The notes under the pieces: generated by a model | Seen by the model: only the letters and a program-made list of their open reading frames with translations | Told to the model about the DNA's origin: nothing | Database searches by the model: none | Program-made: the position numbers and the translations under genes | In this document: piece after piece, positions 13,590 through 25,401 of the stretch | How the letters are laid out: every line of letters starts with the position of its first letter | Numbering within the stretch: position 1 is the stretch's first letter | Assembly (NCBI GenBank): GCA_051294375.1 | Contig: CM119266.1 | Coordinates: 10,931,834-10,995,833 of the forward strand | Origin: Paraspadella gotoi | Taxonomy: Eukaryota > Animalia > Chaetognatha | Direction: 5' to 3' | DNA: 64,000 bases

Positions 13590-13702
13590 TATTCTGCCAA
13601 GTTTTATCTCTCCTATTTTGTTGTCAGATCCGATATTAAAGTAGTCAACCGCCGAGTATTTTGTCCTTCGTTGCTGCCATTAAACGCTATCTCTCTCTCT
13701 CT
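12771..13702 (-). repeat. Inverted third copy (fold-back) of about 11980-12770
   Basis: For example ATCTTATTTCTCCGAAGGTCGATATATAAC near 13101 is the reverse complement, with indels, of GTTATATATCACCTTCGGGAGAAATAAGAT near 12539. The symmetry centre is the (TC)n|(AG)n junction at 12770/12771. Confidence 0.85.
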
Positions 13703-14619
13703 NNNNNNNNNNNNNNNNNNNNNNNNNNNNNNNNNNNNNNNNNNNNNNNNNNNNNNNNNNNNNNNNNNNNNNNNNNNNNNNNNNNNNNNNNNNNNNNNNN
13801 NNNNNNNNNNNNNNNNNNNNNNNNNNNNNNNNNNNNNNNNNNNNNNNNNNNNNNNNNNNNNNNNNNNNNNNNNNNNNNNNNNNNNNNNNNNNNNNNNNNN
13901 NNNNNNNNNNNNNNNNNNNNNNNNNNNNNNNNNNNNNNNNNNNNNNNNNNNNNNNNNNNNNNNNNNNNNNNNNNNNNNNNNNNNNAAAAAAAGCTGATTT
14001 TCTTTTTCACGGAATTGAGAGGGAAAAAAAATCTTAATCGTCGTCGTCTGCATCGTCGTCGTTGGCATCGTCGTCGTCGGCATCGTCGACATTCACTAAC
14101 CGTATGCTCGTGAGCTTGCTGCTGTTTTCTTCTATTACATTCAATTATCAATTATGTTTTTAGTCTGTTCCTATCTCCCTTACTTCTGTTATTTTCGGCC
14201 TCTACTAATTTTATCGGTTTCTTTGAGTCACCCTGTCCCGTCAAATGCCACTTACTTTTTTTCCCATTGCGATGGATTCCTCTTCCTTTTTATCCGTTCT
14301 CCCCCTGTCGCTACTGAACTGAGGATCTTAGAACTTAAATCGGGGGAGTTATCCATCAATCATCTGGATGTCTTCGCTAACTCGTGAACGCGTTCCTGTT
14401 CTCCTTTTTCCTCGTTTATTTCCTCTCTCTCTCTCTTCTCTCTCTCTCCTCTCTCTCTTCTCTCTCTCTCTCTCCTCTTTTTCTCTGCTGCTGCTCTCTC
14501 TTTTATCTCTCTCTACTTGCTTTTAGTTCCCTTTTGTTATATTTTTTTGATTCTTCTATTTAGTTTCTTATCGTATTTCCTTACACTATCTGTATACCTT
14601 AATCATACTTCTTCCACAG

Positions 14620-14657
14620 TTTGACGAGCCGCTTTCACCAACGCTTTCACCAACACC
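14620..14657 (+). CDS. Candidate 38-nt micro-exon, product unknown
   Basis: Pyrimidine tract plus TTCCACAG acceptor and consensus GTAAGT donor; contains an internal duplication (CGCTTTCACCAA x2). No homology recognised. Confidence 0.3.
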
Positions 14658-15227
14658 GTAAGTCGGCGGTCTTCTCCCGCACGGGATGAGTTTTGGATTT
14701 GTCAGTCGATTGCACGAAGGGATGCCTCGAGCCTGCGTTCGCCGGGCGTCATCGGTCGGTGGAGGCCGACATCCCGATGATATTTCGATGACAGAGATTG
14801 GAGCAACGAGTTGAGTTGACTTGTAAGAAAACCCAATTAGGAAGAGTTTTAATTTTTTGGTAGAAATGATACAAAATAAAATTGTATCTAAAAGACAAAT
14901 TGCAAAACTCGCTAAGTAGCGCTGTATTGCCAAATTTTAAAATACTTTTTCTTCATTCATGTTTTAACTTCTATTAGGCACGAGTGTGTACTTGTAATCG
15001 TTATTCAAGTGCTTTTAATAGTTTGATTACGCAACTGATTTACGTCATTAGGAGTAACTTTTTTATATGCCTCTCCTTAGTCGCTTCAAGTTAATATTCA
15101 ACAAACATTTTGAAACGCTTTTTTTTATGTTAAAAATAATGTAGTATTGAGGTTCAGATTTGATTTTTTTTTTTTACTGTTTGTTGGCGCTGGATGCGGA
15201 ACACCCAACGTATTTTTCTATTTTATT

Positions 15228-15572
15228 ATGTGGCGTAGTGATTTCAAAAATACATTTAAGCAATTATATGTTAAATAAGTGTAATGTGTTGATATTTTTT
15301 AAAATTTGGCAAGCTTGTGGCGTAAAATTTGGCGTGAATAGGTAAGTTTAATATGTATCTACTGTCACGTAAGGAGCTTTCGATTTTGTCTAGTAAAGCT
15401 ATTCGTTTAAGTGGTTTGTAACGATTTTATCCGGCCTGTTTTTATACATGGTTTGCGTAGAATGGCGTAAAATGAACAGAAAACATATTAATTTATTTAA
15501 TTTTGTGGCCTAAAACTTTTTTTATTTCCAATAGCTATTAGTTAAGATCTTTGCGTAGATGGCGTAAATTGA
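15228..15572 (+). repeat. Cluster of dispersed TGGCGTA(AA) motifs
   Basis: TGGCGTAG (~15231), TGGCGTAAAATTTGGCGTGAA (~15318), TTTGCGTAGAATGGCGTAAAAT (~15452), TGGCCTAAAA (~15506), TTTGCGTAGATGGCGTAAAT (~15550), all on the same strand in AT-rich DNA. Confidence 0.5.
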
Positions 15573-16990
15573 GTAACCTGCGCCTTCCATCACTCTTTCC
15601 CTTTCTCCTTCTTTTCCCTTTTCTTGTTTATACATCTCGATTCTAAGTCGATTATTTTCGGGTTTTTCTTTAATCAAGAAAAAAGATAAACATACCGAAA
15701 TAAGCTCAACTCATAGATAAGAAACAAGTAACACGTAAAGTCAGTGGACATTTTATTAAAGTTCAAATTGTGGGCCATTCAACAATGGTTCATTAGGTTT
15801 ATATTTGAACTTAGTTAAACAGACTTATAATAAAGTATTACCCATTCTTATTAATGTTATTATCATGTATATTTAGCAAAGGAGGATTGTTGTAGCAGAA
15901 AAGGGCATGAATAGATTTTAAGTCATAGTATTATATTATACAGTTCATCTCTTGTGATTCATATGCTATAGTATAGGAACAATATAGAAATGACTATCGC
16001 CAGGAACTGCTTCTGCGTTTTTGCGCTCATTTTGGGTTATCAAATGATCAATACCTGGAGAGAAATAACTTTGAATCTCCTGAACAGAGGTTTGCCGAGG
16101 AAAGAATGTTTTTGTGTACAATAAAGAATTTGCATGTCTTTTCAATATTTTCTATTTTGAAATTTTTTTTCGGTTTTAGTTAGATTTGTTACGCTACCTA
16201 TATTCAAAACTAAAATTTTTCTTTTTAGGATTTCTACAGTAAATTTCAAAAGCTGTTTTTGGGATTCTTCCTATTATTTTTTTGGCCAAGACATAAAAAT
16301 TTCGTCTCGAATACTGCTAATCCCTAGTAGGGAAATGTTTAACTTTAAAACTCCTCGTCGTAGGTTTAGAGAAGCGATCTTGAATATCAATTCTTAATTT
16401 CAAGGTAGATGGTGTACTACCAATTTTTAATGTAATTTTGTATAGACGTCCCCAAGAAGTTCCATGAGCTGCTATTTACCGCTACGACATCAGTAACTGA
16501 GATGCTGACCCTTGCCACCGATCCGCACTAACCCCGGGTGATTACGGTCGCGTGGGGTGGAAAGTCGGCGACGATGCTTCGATGTCGGCGAGATTGCTGC
16601 ATAGTCCGTCGACGTCATCTGTCGCAAACTCTTGTTTAGGGTGAGTGGAGTCGCCCCGTCGCGCCTCGTCGCATTAGAGTGTCACGAAAAGTGCTACAAC
16701 TAAAAACCAATGAATAAATATTGAATGAGTAGGACATAGGGACGAAATGAACCCTTGTGCGTATATAACACGCCCACTTGCTCACTACTCTTTCAATGGA
16801 TTCACAGGCAAACCGGCTGTTGCTGCACCTGTTACATTTACGACAACATTATTTCACGAACGGATATGATGAAATAACCAATAATTTATTTATATTTCCC
16901 CATTTGCCCCTCCAGCCTCACTCAAGGTTCCCTCAAAGCCTCCCCTCAACGCCCCTCCCTCGAAGCCCTCCCATCTCCTCTCAACCTCAC

Positions 16991-17148
16991 CAAGACGCGC
17001 GGACGAAGGCGGCTCTTGGAGATCGACGCGCACGTTTTCGTTGTGGTTCCATTTGAAGGTTTGACCGTACTCGGCGACGGCCGGCTGACGCATCCCGGAG
17101 AAGCCTAGAGGTTCGGCGTCCATCGCGTCGGGGGCCAGTCGCCACGTC
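16991..17148 (-). CDS. Candidate internal coding exon of an unidentified gene
   Basis: Minus strand: long pyrimidine tract ...CAATTCCAG| exon |GTGAGG; GC-rich and open (TWRLAPDAMDAEPLGFSGMRQPAVAEYGQTFKWNHNENVRVDLQEPPSSARL). Confidence 0.45.
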
Positions 17149-19732
17149 CTGGAATTGCGAAGAGAATAGAACGGAATTGGGGTCATGGGGAATTGGGGAT
17201 GCGATGCGAAAATAGATGACGCGATGCGCTCTAGCAACAGAGCAATGTCACGGGGAGGAAAAGTTAGATAGCTTCTTCGATAGCTTCTCATATCTTTGTT
17301 ATTAATAAAGCTCAAACTCTTAGTTGATCACGTCTAATTTTTCGACCTTGGATGCCCCGCCCTTGCTATATAAACTCATTATTATATATTACTGAGTCCG
17401 CCCTTCGTAAAGATCGAAGCTAAAATATTAAGTCGCCAAGTTGCATACAAGGAGTAGTTCAAACGCGTTGAAATTATTCGAAAAATGTTAATGATGGAAC
17501 GACTCTAGGGCTATGGTGTAACTATGTTTAAAATCATAGCGCCGCCCCACGGTAAACCGTTTTAATTTTCGATAATGATACATTTAAAAAATTTAATAAA
17601 TATCTCAAACAAGATGAAAAACTCTAACCAACCAAAAACAAAGACGACAGAGCGATTGGAGGAACAAGAATACCGAAGTCTATAATACGTGGAGCAGGGG
17701 AAATGAATAAAAAGGCTAGAATATGCGCGTAAGGGAGATGAGGAGGGGAATAAAAAGAAGAAATAAGCCAATAAAAAAAAAAAATAGATATACAATCTTA
17801 AGAGCATGTAGGATGTCGCAATCGCATAAGTAAAATCGGATTGACGGCCAAAATTTTGATACTAAAATCAATTTGAGAAAAGAAAATAATTTATAACAGA
17901 AAAAAAGAAAGAAATATAAGAAAGAATAGAAAAGAAATTAAGAATAGAGAAAGACAGACAAGACTAGAGACAGGGAAAATATTTTTTTACTAAAATATCA
18001 ATTGTAAAAAGAATTAATTATAACAGAAAGAAAACTTATATAATTATTAAAGAGAGGGTTCGACGATGAATCTCTTCAATAGAGGGCGGACGAGAGATAG
18101 CTGGTAGAGAGAGATTGGAAGATGAGAGAGAGAAAAAGCCAAATCGTTTTCGGATGACATCAGTCTGGCAGCAGCATAGGCAAAGAATCCAATCACAGCA
18201 GAACAGAGGAGAAAGAAGACAAAGAAAAGCCCCTGCAGAGCAGTGCATGATCTTCTTTTTTTTTCTCGGATGAATCGCCTGGCGAAAGAGTAGAGAAAGC
18301 TTCTAGAATTAAAAGAGAGATGAGGAAGAATATAAAAATAATGAGGAATTGTTTGTTTTGATTTAAAACGTAACAAATTATTATCACTGTCGCACCAATT
18401 TCAAGACCTCGATAGGGAGCTGTATAAAATTCAGGCTGCATAAACCAACTACATCAAAAAGGCGATCTATTATTGGAACGCGCCGCGACGACGCGACTGT
18501 TGCTACTTAGCGCAAAGCGTTCAAAGATCGTCGCAACGCCAAAGCTGATTGCGACGATTAAAAGAAAAAGAAGGAGAAAGCGGTAATATCGGGTGAGAGG
18601 TTATGGGGGACCCTAAATATCTATCACAACCTGTTCATTCAGCGCCATAGTGCGGAGAGCAAGTCCATTCGCCTCCGCCCAAAGGTCGGCGCGACGATTC
18701 TCTGAGCCCAGGTGGTCCGTCTTGTATTGGCCTTGAGAGGACCGGGGGCTCTACCCGCCGCGTTAACTATTGTGTTTAAGCTGATCGAAGCTTTCAGAGG
18801 GACTGGCTTATTGAGGTGGTTCTATCATCAACAACAAACACGGATAATTAGGTGCTTTCAGTTGATATCTTATAACGTCTCCGACGTAAATCCCCCGCTT
18901 TTTCGCATCGATGACTGATAATGGCATTGAATAATGATCTAACAGACAGCTTTGACAATTTACTGATGGGTGAGTTATATTATACAGGCGATACCGAGAA
19001 AGCTAAGACAGGGCGAGTTTTAATGCACACTTTCATTGAATCCGCGCTTAATAAGCCTGAAGATAGCAACTCTCTCCTCTCTGGCTCTCTTCTCTCTCTC
19101 TATCTCTCTCTCTTCTCTCTCTTTCTCTCTCTCTCCTCTCTTCACTGCGTGGGCGACGTCGTCGTAGCTTTCCTGCTCGCCTCAACTATTAAGAGGTCGT
19201 TCATAAGCAACAAACGTCGCGGCTTCTCTTCACAGTTTCGGTTACTGAAGAAACAAATAAATAATGAATCCAATTAAGAAACCTACTATAAATTATTAAC
19301 AATTACCTTTCCGTAACAACTCTTTCAATACGAACGTATCTTATCTCAATATATTTAAAGTAAATCATTCAAGAGATACGGTATTAGATAATAAAGAGCG
19401 GAAAAGGGACAAAACAGCGTCAGCTGAAAAAGGATGTTTTACCGATTGCGGTGGACTTGGTAGTGAAGTTGCTAACGTTTGTCGACCCGACGAGGATCGT
19501 AGGTCCTCAGCTGGAGAGATCGGGAGAGCTTAAGGCCGTTAGCGATCGCGATGCACTTGACGGCATCGAAGATCGGCTTCGCTTTCGCTCGTTAGCGGTT
19601 GAGCGTTGTCTCAACTGGCCTACGTCAGAGCCAGTTGCAGACTCGTCGGGAATCCGCAAGTAAGAAAATGAGGATATATAAAGAAGAAAGAATCACATCT
19701 TCCGCTTTTCCGGTCCCCCTCCAACCAACCCT

Positions 19733-19784
19733 CCGACCGAACCGACCGAACCGACCCGACCCGACCGACCCGACCGACCGACCG
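19733..19784. repeat. (CCGA/CCCGA)n simple repeat
   Basis: ccgaccgaaccgaccgaaccgacccgacccgaccgacccgaccgaccgaccg read directly. Confidence 0.85.
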
Positions 19785-19787
19785 CAC

Positions 19788-19995
19788 CTGTGTGTGATCG
19801 GGGGACGTGTTTTAGAGGTCCTGAACTGTGAGGATGTAGGGGAAATCTCTGAACGGGTTTGCCATGAGCAGAAGGGAGAGTTTGTCTGCGCGCTCGACTG
19901 GCAGTTTGAGTATTCGCGAAATGTGGTCTGTCGCGCGCATCGTGGACGTCTCATCGCGCGTGAAAATTGTTTCGTGCGATACCAGCCAGACATTG
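19788..19995 (-). CDS. Candidate exon of the unidentified minus-strand gene
   Basis: Minus strand TCTCCAATAG| ... CACAG|GTGCGG; one frame open throughout (MSGWYRTKQF...TRPPITH); phases fit the candidates at 20216-20332 and 16991-17148. Confidence 0.3.
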
Positions 19996-20215
19996 CTATT
20001 GGAGAGCGGATAAAATAAGGTGTTTGAGTTTCAGTAAATGCGCTGTCTATCGGACTGGAAATTAGTACTATGGCAAGCCAAGTATTACGGAATCATATCG
20101 CTTTTTTATCAATTTACAAATATTTTATTTAAATTTAAATATAATTTTTAACGAAAGATAATCAGTCGGGTAAAGAGGTAATTTAAATTTCCCTTCCATT
20201 GATGTTGAATTCAAC

Positions 20216-20332
20216 CTTTCGAAACGAGCCCAGACGTCGCGATCTTTTCGTCTTGATCCCAATTCTGGACAGAGTTTGGGCGTTGGACATCCCATGGTGG
20301 AAGGTCTCGAAACTTTGAAGAATTGACACCGC
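20216..20332 (-). CDS. Candidate 117-nt exon of the unidentified minus-strand gene
   Basis: Minus strand AAACAG| ... AAAG|GTTGAA; GC-richer island in AT-rich flanks; open in all three frames, so the frame is unresolved. Confidence 0.25.
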
Positions 20333-20809
20333 CTGTTTATTGGTTGAGAAAGGCTAATTTATAATTCTAATATTTAAGAGAAATTTACTATGCGACAACT
20401 TTAGAAATTATTCTTAGCTTAGTACCATCGTATCCTCACGTCGACCCTTAATTGAAGTTCAACATGTTTCGTCGAATAAAACTCGTTTCGTAAAAATAAT
20501 TTTTTTCTATAACCCGTGAAAGCAATCTTTTCGACGTTCCTCGTCTTTGTTTGCATTTTATTTTTTCTTGAGCGAGAAGATAAGAAGGCGCGAACTTTTT
20601 CCTCGAAAACTGACCGGGCGAGAGAACAAGAAGAACGAAAATTATTAAAAAGAAAACTTTCCGAGCCTCGATTAATTTCTTATATGGCGTAACATTTTAT
20701 AATCAAGTGCTCTCATTTGCTGCTCCTTCTCTCCCTCTCAATTTACTTTAAAAAGAAAATTCTTCATTGGATGATAAATAAGGGAACCTTTACACTTTGC
20801 ATATTTTAG

Positions 20810-20874
20810 CAAACGGACAAAAGACCGAAAAAAGGATGAGTTCATCACTCTTGAGCACACTACACAAACTACAG
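20810..20874 (+). CDS. Candidate 65-nt exon, product unknown
   Basis: ATATTTTAG| acceptor and ACAG|GTATGT donor; an open frame gives NGQKTEKRMSSSLLSTLHKLQ. Confidence 0.3.
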
Positions 20875-23669
20875 GTATGTAGCTAATAACATCGTTCATT
20901 TTAGACTAAAAAAAAGTTGGGAAAGTTGTTAAGTTAGAAAACGATTTATCTTAAGCGTATCATTGGCTTGCACGTAGGCGCTAATAATTATTCAACACTT
21001 AAACGATTATACGAATTGTTTTATTAGGCCATTTGCTTCCATCATACTAAGAAAGAACTCGCTCTGATCACCAAGAGTAAGAAACAAGTGGCCGAGACAA
21101 AAACGCTTCAAAGAAACTCAACAAAACAAAATCCTAAATTTCATTTATACTACAATCATCAATTTGTACTAAACAAATATATCTCCTCGACTAACAACTA
21201 CATTTCCGTAATATTATTGCTTAGAACCACTTTTTAAAAAGACACTGATGAATTGCTCAAAAAAGCATATTATGCTGACAAATCAGTTACGTAATCGCCC
21301 TTGTTCAATACACATTTTATTTTGTTGATGTTCTTTTTTTATAAATGCAACCTTTGTTTTGAAAATGATGGAGATCGTGCAGAGAGGCGTTTCTAGTCGG
21401 TCGTGATTTTTATGAAGATATATTAATCTCGAATCGGTCAGATTTTACACGCCGCGACGGACCGCGTCACTTCGGCAAATCTGATTATTTGTCAAAATTT
21501 CAAAGTCAAATGAGAAGCAATGAAATTTTATCAGGGGAGTTTAAGGATATTTAAAATGAGTAAGCTCGTTTACACACATAATAAATCACTTTTACCTTCC
21601 GCGTGTGGAAGGGAGGGTTTTTGTGTGCTCTTTTCTGTTATGTTCCATATTTTTTCTACTGATTTTTTTTTTACTTTCTCTCTTTTTCTTCACTGTATCT
21701 CCGCTTTGCAGGATCGTTCGTTTGTTGGCGCCGCGTGACCCATACCATCTCCTTTCGTTTATGTTTCTCTCTGGTTGTCGCTCTGTTCTCGGGAATGTTC
21801 TCTGTTGTTTTGTTTTTTAAGTGAATCGCGGCCGCTGACAGAGGTTGAAGACTTGGGCAGCCTCCGGGCCTGTTCACTTATGCGTTGATTGTTTTATGAA
21901 GTAGGTGCGCGACTGGCCTGGGAGAGGGGAGGTGTCAGTTTGGGTAAGTTGGCTATCAGATAACGTTTAAGTGCACTTGTCACCCACGGGTAGGCCGGTC
22001 TCTCTTTCTTATCCTTCTACCTTTTGTAATAAAAATCCCAAAGAAGTAAAAGAGACTCGGTAAATGAAGTGACCTGCATTTACTTTTTGATTTAGGAGAC
22101 TCAGAATACTGGTTTGGTTGTTGGAGTTGGTTATAGGGTGGGTTGGGGTGGGGGGATAAGATGTGGGTGAAACACACAATCAAACAATTTATTCTGTATA
22201 TGAGGTAAATGAGAGAAAAACAAAACTCCACAAAAACCAGCGAAACCGTGTTTTAATTGCCTTGACTCGAATCTCCAGGGTTCGACTGCAACTCCCAGTC
22301 GTCAAAGAAACGATCTGAAAGTCTCGTCTCCGCGATCAGACAACAAAACGGCGAATCTCAAGATCGGCATCGCGAGTCACTCAACGCAATCTCTTCTTCT
22401 TTTNNNNNNNNNNNNNNNNNNNNNNNNNCCATTGAGATTTATACTAGATTATTACTTGGATTCCTTGGGATATTGTGCGCTATTTTTACTTTTACTGATA
22501 CAAAAATAAATTACATATTGAGCAAAAACAGCAAAAACAACAAGTCTAAAACGCCGGGAGAAAAGCGTCTATCAAAATACACGATTCGGGAAGGTAATGG
22601 CGCGTGCGAGTGAAAGGTAAGTCGCGAATGTCGGTGAAAGAAAGTGGCGGCTGGAAGGAAAATACGTTCGCCGGTTGTAGGCAAAAGTTGAGAGGAAAAT
22701 GTGCGAAACTCGGAGTGAAAAAGAAAGGACTTTTTTTATTAGAACAAAGAAAAAAACTTGACTCTTTGAGGTTGGAAATATAAAAATCTAGAATAGATTA
22801 AAAAAATATTATTTATAATCAAAATTTTAATTAAAAAATTTCACGAAGAGGAAAGAGAATAATGGGAAACTATAAAAGCTAAATAAAAAAATTGAATAAA
22901 GCCCAAAAATATAAAATAAAAATTAAATAAATTGATGAAAATCTAAAAAATATATTTTAGCGAACAAAAAAAATACCAGAAGCAAAATTATACAAAGCAA
23001 AATTATCGAACGATAAAAAGAAGCAAAGCACGAAAGAAGCGAACGGAAAAAAAGCGAATAAAAGCAAAGAACGAAGCGGAGAAGAAAAAAAAGGAGCGAA
23101 TTGAATTCGAAATAAAGATAAATTCAAAACATCCCTTTTGAAAACGGGATTGACCCCCGCGCCTCTGAGCCGGGATGGTTTGGGGGTGTGAGAAAGAGAA
23201 GGCTCGTGGGCATTGGGTATCGAAGGGAGGGGGGGGCGGGGGGGCGGGAGGAACTTCGTGAAGCTAAGCTGGATTTCGAAGAAAGAAAATATTTACGACT
23301 AAATTGGAGGGAAAAAAACCGTTTTTTAATGCATCGTTTCGACTAAACGATTTGAAAAAAGAAGAAAGGAAGAAAAGGAAGAAAAGGAAGAAAAGGCAAA
23401 AAAAAAAAAGAAGCATTCGAATTTTTTTTACCATTTCGACTGACGGAAAATTTCTTTCTCGTCCTCGATTTCTCGTCCGCTTCTCACTTATTGCTCTCCT
23501 ATTTTCTCTCCCCACTTTTTCCGCTTTTCCCCGCCTCTCTCCCGCTTCTCGGCCGCTTTCTCTTCATTCTGCCGACGACCGAGACAAAAACAAGATTTGA
23601 CAGAAACGAGATTTTTTGCGAAGTCTCGAAAGAACTGCGACGCAGAAATCATTTGGTCAGTTGGTGACG

Positions 23670-23791
23670 ATGGCGGTCAAAATAGCGGACAACATGGCGG
23701 ACAAAATGTGGACAAAATAGCGGTCAAAATGGAGGACAATATGGCTGGAAAATGGCTGACAAAATGCCGGTCAAAATTGAAGCCAAACATG
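23670..23791. repeat. 12-bp minisatellite, consensus ATGGCGGACAAA, about 10 degenerate units
   Basis: atggcggtcaaa atagcggacaac atggcggacaaa atgtggacaaa atagcggtcaaa atggaggacaat ... read directly. Confidence 0.85.
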
Positions 23792-25365
23792 AAGAAGAAT
23801 TGAACGAATTTCAATGAACCAATTCTTGGCATCATCATTTGAGTTGGATGTGAAAGATAACTCCAAGTTCCTTTCGCATCCCCTTTGGCATTCCCATTCT
23901 CTCTCTCTATTCTCGAGCTCCTCTCTCGTCTCTCCACGTATCTCTCCTGGATCTCTCCTATCTCTTCTCTTCCTCTCTCTCTTCTTCCTCTCTTCTTCAT
24001 GGCTGCGACGAGACGCGATTTTTTTTCCCTCCGCATACTCCTTTATGCAACTTTTATGAAGAAATAAAACACTACGATGCTATTTTTTCAGTTCCAGCCG
24101 CGCCGACCTCTCTCCCGTCCTCACTCTCACTCTCTTCTCCATCTCCTCTCTCTCCTCTTCTCGCTCTCTCCTCTCTCTCTCTCTCCCTCATCTCTCCTCT
24201 TAGCGTGAGAATTTTTGAGGTGCTTTCCTCGATGTGATCTTATTAGCGAAATCTCTCAGAACTCGGATCGTTCCCGCGAATTATCGACCGAGCCGACGAC
24301 GACAAAATCAACGACGATGAGAAGAAGGAAAATTGTGTACAAGTTCCTGGGAAAAAGATTAGTTTCGGGTTATTGATGTTAGAGAGACGATGGAAATTTC
24401 TAAAGTCAACGGCCAAGCATTTCTCGGAAATCGAGGCTCATTAACGAAATACTTTTTTCTCCAGTTTTTCTCGNNNNNNNNNNNNNNNNNNNNNNNNNNN
24501 NNNNNNNNNNNNNNNNNNNNNNNNNNNNNNNNNNNNNNNNNNNNNNNNNNNNNNNNNNNNNNNNNNNNNNNNNNNNNNNNNNNNNNNNNNNNNNNNNNNN
24601 NNNNNNNNNNNNNNNNNNNNNNNNNNNNNNNNNNNNNNNNNNNNNNNNNNNNNNNNNNNNNNNNNNNNNNNNNNNNNNNNNNNNNNNNNNNNNNNNNNNN
24701 NNNNNNNNNNNNNNNNNNNNNNNNTCCTTCCTTCCTTCCTTTCCTCCTTCATTTTTCAACTCTCGCCTTTCTCGTACACCCCTTTAGTTCTCACTTTAGT
24801 CCTCACCCGACCTTACCCTCAATCCTCAACCCTCTCCTCCCCCAACCACCTCCAGCGTTCTTTGATTTTCCGCATCGCCGCCTCTAAATCCCTTTCAACG
24901 ACCGAAACTCACCTCCTTTCCTCACCTCCTTTTTTCTTCTCTCTATTTCTCCGGGACTCACCTGGCGGGAAAAGCGAAGGGTGATGGAGTTGGTGAGAGG
25001 CGAAAAAGAAAATTGGGTGCGGCGGCCGCGGCCGACGAGGTGAGGTGAGAGTGGAGTTACGGAGTGACAGCGGTGACTTCTGGATGAAGTCGGTGTGGTA
25101 AGTGAAGATGGTCAGTGAGAATGATTGAAAGGGCGAACAAGAAGAAAGATAGGAATCAAGGACAGCCTTGATTGGTGTTGTTGTGAACATTGCAGGTCGG
25201 CGAGCGGAGTGATTCGAGTGAGGCGAGTGATCACAATTGGTGGGCGGCATCGGTGACGAAGCGTCCACGAGCGAAGAGGCGGACGTTTGTCGATTGCGGG
25301 AGGCGAATGGGTCGAAGCGAATTCCGATATGTAGGGCAATGCGAACAATATCTCAACACACTGTT

Positions 25366-25401
<36 letters not shown>

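Noticed and set aside
21243-21290. TGATGA...CTGA resembling C/D-box snoRNA motifs
   Set aside because: Boxes only about 25 nt apart, with no convincing terminal stem or recognisable guide.
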